Assembly: GCA_001643675.2 (NCBI GenBank)
Contig: LSRY02000004.1
Coordinates: 1,364,001-1,428,000, forward strand
DNA: 64,000 bases
Origin: Monocercomonoides exilis PA203
Taxonomy: Eukaryota; Protista; Preaxostyla
Direction: 5' to 3'
Each line of letters opens with the position of its first letter. The first letter of the stretch is position 1. A model generated the notes under the pieces. The model had not been told where the DNA came from. It worked only from the letters and a program-made list of their open reading frames with translations, and did no database searches. Shown here piece after piece: positions 56,148 to 64,000 of this stretch. A program made the translations under genes and the position numbers.

Positions 56148-59100
56148 ATGGAAAAGACACCAAAACTTGCGCGATCTCCAGAACACGCAAAACACGTTGA
56201 GTATGCGTCAAGATGATTATGAAATTATATATATAATGCATATATACATTAATTTTTTTGCGATCATTCTTATTACTAGACTTTCGCCATCGTTGAAAGG
56301 GCTTACATCTCAACAAGTTGCAGAACTTGTTAAAGAGCATGGATACAACGAAATTAGCAAGGAAAAGCCGAAAAACATTATTATTATCATTTTAGAAGCT
56401 CTTAAAGAACCTATGTTTCTTATGCTTTTGGCTTGCCTAATTTTGTATTTTGTCTTGGGCGATTGGGGCGAAGGTTTGAATTTTGATGATAAATTGAAAG
56501 AGAATGATAACACATTGAAACGGCTTTGAATAGGCAAGAAAAGATCTTTTTTTCAAATATTTAAATTTTAAATTTTTATTTCTGGAAATTTAACACAACT
56601 GATTTTTTTTTATTTGGATTTATTGTTTCTTAAACAGGAATTATGCTGTCTGTGTTTGTATTTTTTGTAATTGGCCTCGAGGTTTATCAAGAAAAGAAAA
56701 CCGAGAATGCTGTGCATGCGCTCAGACAGTTATCTTCACCTCGTGCGCTTGTAATTCGAGATGGATCAACAAAAAGGGTTCCTGGCCGTGATGTTGTGCC
56801 TGGTGAATATGTCATTTTGTATGAAGGAGACAGAGTACCAGCTGATGGAATTGTTTTAAAGGAATCTAATTTTAAGGTCGATGAATCTCTTCTTACGGGA
56901 GAGAGTCTGCCAGTTCGGAAAGAAGAGGTCGAAGGAGGACTTGCAGAATTGCAGCAGATGAACATGGCAATCCCAGGATCAGAAGAAGCATCAGTGTGTG
57001 TTTACTCTGGAACATTAGTCGTTGGAGGCAATGCGGTTGTTGTTATGAAGACAATTGGCATGAAGACCGAACTTGGAAAAATTGGAAAATCGCTGGAAAG
57101 TGTGGAGTCAGAAAAGACACCACTGGAAAGAGAGATGGGGTACTTGGTGATTGTGATGCTGGCCATTGGTATTACAGTCTCTGTGGCTGTGCTTCTTATC
57201 TATGGCTTTACCAGAGACGAAGACAGAGTGTGGGTCAATGCCGTTCTGGTTGCTATTTCGCTTGCGATGTCTTTGCTTCCAGAGGAGTTTCCTGTCGTGC
57301 GGTCCGTCTTCTTTGCGATTGGAGCGTGGCGTATCTCAAAGAAGAATGTGCTGGCGAGGAAAAACAGGGCGATTGAGACACTCGGCGCTGCTTCTGTTCT
57401 GTGCAGCGATAAGACGGGCACACTCACACAGAACAAGATGGAGCTGACGTGGCTGTACATCCCGCGGTCTGTTGCTGAGGCCGTTGAGGAAGAAGAGCAG
57501 TGGGAGAAAGAGGAAAACGAGAAGAGAATGAACGAAGCGAAAAATGAGCAGGAAGCAGACAGTTTGACTGGAGAAGTGCGAAGCTTGAACTACTCTTCTG
57601 TGAAGATGAAGCGTGCGCAACGAAGGAGGATATACAAAATCCACCAGCGGAATCTGCCTCCTGCACTGTCTCCAATGTCCACTTTGGCTGTTGTTCCTGA
57701 AAATGAGAAGACGCTGGAAGAAGAATCTTCTGCAGCACACGAAACAAAAGGAAACAATGAAACCAATGAAGCCAAAGAGACTCCAACATCTGGACAGTCT
57801 ACAGATTGCTTACAGGCATCTGCGTCTTCATCGTCGTCGCCTCAGTCTCATCTGGACTTGTCATCAACTACAAACACAGTGTCATCGTCAGCTGGACTGA
57901 TTGCTAATGAGGCTGAGCCAGCAGGAATAGAGCCACAAACAAGAGCTTCCACAACAAATTCTGATGCATCTGATTCAGAATACACAAATTTGAATGAGCC
58001 TAAGCAAGCAGACCCAGTTCCAATAACAATACCAACTGCTCGCCCAGCTACAGATCCAAAGGAGTCAGGACTCGAAGCGATAGAAGCAACTGTGGAGCCC
58101 TCACCACAGACAACTGTTGTTCAGGATGTGATGAGGACACCAGTTGTGCACCAGGCTATTCCTGCGCCAGCTGAATCGATGCTTTCACCCTCTTTGTCAA
58201 TGGCGATCATTCAGGGTAAATCTTATGGACTGCATCTGAACTTGGAGGAGCTTGAAGAAGGGAAAGCACCACCAGAAGCATACCATGAGCTGATTGAGTA
58301 TGCTGTGCTGGCATCGCAGCGTGCAGCGTTTGATCCAATGGACAGTGCGATCAACACGCTCGCGAAGAAGTCGCCGGAGCTTGTGGAGCATCTGCACGAC
58401 GAGTGGGAAATGACACGTGAGTATCCGCTGTCCAGAAAGATGCTGGCGCTGTCGCAGGTTTGGGTCAAAGTTCACGACGATTCTTTGGCCATTGCAGCGA
58501 AGGGAGCACCTGAAGCTATTGTTGACTTGTGCCATCTGCCAAAAGTGATTGGGGATGAGATCAACAAAGCAGTGGAAGAGATGGCGAACCACGGGCTGCG
58601 TGTGTTGGGCGTGGCAAGGTCGGAGTTCGTTTTGAATGAAGGTGAAGCTTTGCCTGATGATCAGCACGACTTTGACTTCGAGTTTATGGGTCTGCTGGGT
58701 TTCATTGACCCTGTCAGAGAAGAGGTGGAAGAGTCCATCAAAGCATGCCATGGCGCAGGGATCAAAGTTGTGATGATCACAGGAGACTATCCAGGCACAG
58801 CCATCAACATTGCGCAGCGTGTGGGGATTCCATCAGATGAGGTTGTGTTGGGATCAGAGCTGATGCTGCTGGAAGACGTGGAAGAGGAAGTGGAGAAAGT
58901 AGATAAGAAAGGGAAGAAAGTGATTGAGAAGAAAGTCAAACAGAGAACGCCAGAGGAAGAGGCGAAGAGGGCAGAGATCGCAGAGCGAGTGAACCGCAGC
59001 TGTGTGTTTGCGCGTGTTGTGCCTGAGCAGAAGCTGGCGCTGGTGAATGAGTTCAAGCGGCAGAAGAAGATCACTGTGATGACTGGAGACGGGGTGAATG

Positions 59101-60077
59101 ATGCGCCTGCACTGAAGTCGGCGCACATTGGCATAGCGATGGGAGGGCAGAGGGGAACGGATGTGGCGAGAGAGGCGGCTGATCTTGTTCTTCTGGATGA
59201 TTCTTTCTCATCCATTGTGCATGCGTGTCGATTGGGGAGGAGAATCTACACGAACATCAGCAAAGCTGTTATTTACATCATATCTGTACACATCCCATTT
59301 GCCGGGCTGGCTCTATTTCCAATCATCTTTGGGTGGCCTGTGCTGCTGCATCCAGTGCACATTGTGTTCTCAGAGATTCTGATTGACCCAGCGTGTTCAG
59401 TCGTGTTTGAGATGGAGCCAGAAGAAGAAGATGCGTTTAAGCAGCCGCCCAGAGACATCAAAAAACACATTATGGGCGCGTTTGACTACTTCATGGCGTT
59501 TGGGCAAGGGCTGATGATACTTGCATGCTGTCTGCTTCTTTTCTATTTCAACTACACATTCAACACCGACCCCAGGATGAATGAGCCTGTGCTGATTGGG
59601 ATGGTTTTCTGCTGCTTGTTAGTGTCAAATATGAGCATCATTGTAACTAACCGCTCGAAACGGCATTCAGCTATAAGGATGCTGAAGTCGAAGAACATGG
59701 GTGTATTTGTGATTGTGCCTATAGCGTTTTTCTTGATGATATTCTGCCTTTATGTTCCTGGCCTCAGATCGCTGTTCCAGACAGAGGTGATACCAGCTGG
59801 CTATCTCTTTGAGGCGATTGGTGCAGGGCTGATTACGCCCGTTTGCTTTGAGCTGATCAAACTTGTTGTGAATACAGCAAACGATGCAATTACGAAGAAA
59901 TCGAAGGAAAACATTGAAAAATGTAATGATAAAAAGGAGATTGAGATGGGGGTCTGTAAGCAGGATGAAAAAACAGAAAGCAGAGAAGGAGCAGCATCGT
60001 CGTCTAATGCTACAGAAACTCGCCCTGTTTCAAGTGATTCAGAACAACATCAAGAAATTAAAGTCGCTCAAGCATAA
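56148..60077 (+). CDS. P-type cation-transporting ATPase (type II-like, prokaryote-like PEEFP subfamily); introns 56201-56279 and 56474-56637
   Basis: GLTSQQV..GYNE, DESLLTGES, LPEEFPVV, CSDKTGTLT, DPMD, KGAPE, MITGD, FARV.PEQK, MTGDGVNDAPAL; ~10 TM segments. Confidence 0.92.
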
Positions 60078-60816
60078 TATTTGAAATTTTTTTGTGCAAT
60101 TTTTAATCTTTTTTTTTTCCAAATTAAATAAAAGATGTTTCAATTGTAATGCTTGATGCGTATAAAAGCATGAAAAACTTCCATGTGCCGAGTGGTTTAT
60201 TTGATATGTTTGAAGAGTTATGTATATCTTTCTTTTAGCATTTTTTTATATCTTATGAAAATGATTCTTTTTTTTATATATATTTTAATATTTTATTTAT
60301 TTTTTTACAGTTTTGCAGCCCTTTTTTTTTTTTTTTATTTTTTTCTATTCCTGCACTCGCGTGTAAAAAGAAGGTTTTTTCATGCCCTTGCTTGCCAATC
60401 AACCTTTAACATCTTTTTTTTCAAATTTGCATTTTTGAATCTGTTATTTTCATTTTTAAAATTACATTTTTTTATTTTTGATTGTTGCACGTCGATTTTT
60501 TTTCAATTGTTTGCATTTTTTCATTTATTTCTGATGCTGTATTTTAATACTGTTTTTGATGGCAATTATTAAACAAATTTATGAAATCATATAAGAATAA
60601 TTCTAAGCTTCGATCTGTGTTTAAATCTGATTTCTTTTAAAAGAAGAGGAAAAAAGTTTTATTGATTGTCAGATATTTTCGAATAGCTATTGATCCATAT
60701 TAATTCTTTCTTATTTCAATTTTCATGTAGGTATTTTTTTAATTCTTTGAATTCTACAAAAAAAATTATGTGACCCACAAGTTGGCATCAATAATCATTC
60801 CAAAAATATTTTTGTA

Positions 60817-63800
60817 ATGATTAAGCCACGGGGCTCTTCGAAGCCCTCTCAAAAGGTATATGATTTATTTAAAAATTTTGAAAATTACTAGAATTATGTT
60901 TTTGTAATTAAAATGTTTTCAGTCGCCTGGAATGCCAACTCAAACCGTTTCTAGTTCTACTGCTCCTTCCCAAGCAAGGGCGCCTCAACAAATGGTTAAT
61001 GCATATTTTCTTATATGAAAAATTTATTGTTGATTCATTTATTGATATTCATCTTTGAATAGCCCAAACAACAGGCATCAAGGCGTCTTTCTGAATCCTC
61101 TCGAGTTGGACAATCGCAGCAACAAAAATGTGTGCTTAATACATCATTTTTGAGTACCTTAAAGATTTTTCCTAAATTTTTTAATGTGTTTCTGCTTTTT
61201 AGCTCAAATTAATCAAGATCCTTCTTCATCTGTTCCTTTGATTTTTCATGGAACATCCATCATGCCAAAACCAATATCACACAATCCTACTCATAAGCCT
61301 ACACAGCAAGTGGAGAAGCAACCTATATCAGATATTATAATAAGAAATCCATCAAAACAACGCATTCCTACACTTCACACAACGAAAATGCTATCTGATA
61401 CAAAACCTCAAATACGCTTAATACCAGCATTTAGTGGTTTGAATAGTGTTGAATATTTATATTGATTTTATATAATCTTCATATTGTTTTTATTTGTGCT
61501 GTATAATTCCCTCACCAACTATTTTTGAATTTACAATTAATTTATCACAAAAATAATTATTATAACATTAATTGAATTAGAACTATCTGTTTCTGAGCAT
61601 CATAACAATTTCCTTGCGAAGCTTGAGCAATGTTGTGTTGTGTGCGATTGGTCTGCAGAACCTACGCCTTCACAACTGCTTGATAGGGATACAAAAACGA
61701 GGTATTTAAAAGACATCGTTTCCTACATCACAACAGGAAAAAATGTATTTCCTGAAAGTTGCTGGGGCGCCATTCTTAAGATGGTGTCAGCAAACATCTT
61801 TCGACCTTTACTAACAATTGAAAAACCTCCGGTTCTGGGTATGCAAATTGTGAGGGAAATATATTTTTAATATATATCTTTGAGTGTATTCTTGCTTTGT
61901 TTTAAATTTCCAAGATTTTCTAAATGAATTATTGTTAACTTTCATAAATCAATGGATTATTGAACTCTTTTTCAAATTGAAAATTTCATTTTGAAATCTT
62001 TGTCTTCATTTTTTCTTTGATAAATACTTGTGTGTTTATGTTTTTGATTCATTTGTTGTGTGACGTATAAATTAGCATCTGAGATGGACGAAGAAGAGCC
62101 GCAGCAAGACCCAGCGTGGCAGCACCTGCAATTTGTGTATGAAATCCTCTTCCGTTTTGTGCTGTCGAACGAGGTTGACCCGAAAGTAGCCATCAAATAC
62201 TTCACCACCGACTTCATTTCATCCATCATTGACTTGTTTGATTCTGACGATCCGAGAGAGCGAGATGGGCTGAAATCGACGCTGCACCGGATATATTCCC
62301 GCTTCTGGCCGCGCCGCCCGTTCATCCGCACAGCCATCTCACACAAGTTCCACAGACTGATTGACGATCAGATCCCGTTCAATGGCATTGCCGAGCTGTT
62401 GGAGATTTTGGGTTCAATCATCCACGGCTTCGGGGTGCCGGTGAAACAGGAGCATCGACTGTTCCTGCAGCACACGTTGCTTCCGCTGCACAAGGCGTAT
62501 GTTTTGAAGTGGAAGCAGTTTTTTATTTTAATTTTGATATGAAACATAAATTTTTAGTTGGTTTTGATGATATTTTGATTGCGAAGCAAGAATTGGATAT
62601 TGGAGAGCATTTTATTTTATTTTATTGTTATGATTTTTTTTTTAAATGGCATCATTATTTCATTCAATATATTTTCTTTCTCTAAATAATCATTCAACAC
62701 CATCTATTCATTCTTATGCAATTGCTCATTCACAGCCCTCGTATTGCCACATTCCACATGCAGCTGTCTAACTGTATGATTCTCTTCATCGAAAAGGAGC
62801 CGCAGCTGTCTCGTCTGATCATCTCTTCCTTAATTCACTTCTGGCCGAAGACGAATTCGCCCAAGCAGATCCTGTTCCTTGCGGAGATGGAAGACATTTT
62901 GGACTCTCTTTCACTGGAAGACCTTCACCCGCTCACGCCCATCCTGTTCAAGAAGATCGCAGAGTGCATCCAATCGCCTCATTTCCAGGTGGCTGAGCGA
63001 GCTTTGTCTCTGCTGTCAAATGAATACATCCTGCAGCTTATCTCGCAGACGCGGCAGTCGACGATCCCTGTCTTGTTCATGGCTCTGTACACCAACACAA
63101 AACAGCACTGGAACAACTCGGTGATTTCTCTGACGTTCTCTGCATTGAAGCTGCTGATGGAGATGGACTCGAAGCTGTTTTCGCAGTGTGCTACTTCATT
63201 CAAAAAGAAGAATGAGATGGAGCACACACAGAGAGTGACACGCGATGCGAAGTGGGAAGTGGCAGAGCGGATCGCAAAGAGGAGGAGAGAAGAAGGAGGA
63301 AGTGGTGGTGGAGCTAGTGGAGCAAATGCAGTTGCTTTTGGGGCGAGTGGAGAAAGAGGAGAAAGAGGAGACAGGTTGAATGGGAGTATGAATTGGGCAA
63401 GGTCTGCGAGGGACGGGAGAGGAGAAGAGAGAGAAATGAATTCGGCAGCTGATACGATTGGAATGAGTGCGCAGAGCGTCAGAGCAGCGGCAGTTGCGAT
63501 GAAAGAGAAAGAGAGAGAAGAAAGGGCAGCACGAGAAGATGCGGCAGGAGATGGAATGGGCAAGGCAGATGCGTTGCAATATGGTGTGATTGAAAGGAGA
63601 TGAAAGGATGGAGAACACCTTTTTTTTTTTTGTTGGATATGGTGTTTCATTCCTTGAATGAAGAAATTTGTACTTTTATTATTATTATTCTTATTATATT
63701 AAAACATTCGTTTTTTTATTTTCCTTTTCCTTTATTGTTTTGCGTATTTTATTCCTCCTCATTTATCAAATAATTTTTTTTTTTTTTGAATGTATTTCTG

Positions 63801-64000
63801 ATTAATGCAGCGAACAAAGAAAAAGAAGGCACTTCACTCATTAATCCGTCGCATCCGGCATTATCTTCAAACTTAGGAATGCCATCACTTGGATCAGCAT
63901 CTTCATTATCAGCTGGCGGCTCGCAAATCAATCCATCCGCTTCTTCGAATATGTTGGCATCTTCTCCTTCTCCTTCCCCTGCCTCTTCTCCTTCTTCGTC
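60817..64000 (+). CDS. PPP2R5: PP2A regulatory subunit B56/B'; multi-exon, probably runs past the window end via intron 63584-63810
   Basis: KLEQCCVVCDW, MVSANIFRPL, DPAWQHLQFVYE, LFDSDDPRERDGLKSTLHRIY, NGIAELLEILGSII.GF, FWPKTNSPKQILFL, SPHFQVAERAL, HWN. Confidence 0.92.

Noticed and set aside
63584-63603. Stop at 63601-63603 as the end of PP2A B56
   Set aside because: More likely inside a GTGTG...GCAG intron (63584-63810); the frame continues as ANKEKEGTSLINP to the window edge

Overview
AT-rich, intron-dense eukaryotic genomic DNA using the standard genetic code (TAA, TAG and TGA all end recognisable genes). Poly-Ser-laden proteins, short GT-AG introns and giant beta-helix/TM/pseudokinase surface proteins suggest an oxymonad such as Monocercomonoides; this is inference, not a database result. 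Housekeeping genes: Cof-type HAD phosphatase, calpain-7/PalB, SAE1, PRP31, ARPC1, CTD small phosphatase, SPAG6/PF16, a CK1/TTBK-like kinase, VPS33, a prokaryote-type P-type ATPase and PP2A B56. There are also two tRNA genes (intron-containing Met-CAT, Thr-AGT), a 3-10.3 kb island of non-autonomous DNA transposons, two giant receptor-like proteins and degraded coding remnants. The most striking unexplained signal is a ~185-bp inverted-repeat-bounded non-coding element lying in the same orientation and at nearly the same distance (74-77 bp) upstream of both, otherwise divergent, receptor-pseudokinase genes. Exon boundaries were read by eye and need RNA-seq confirmation.
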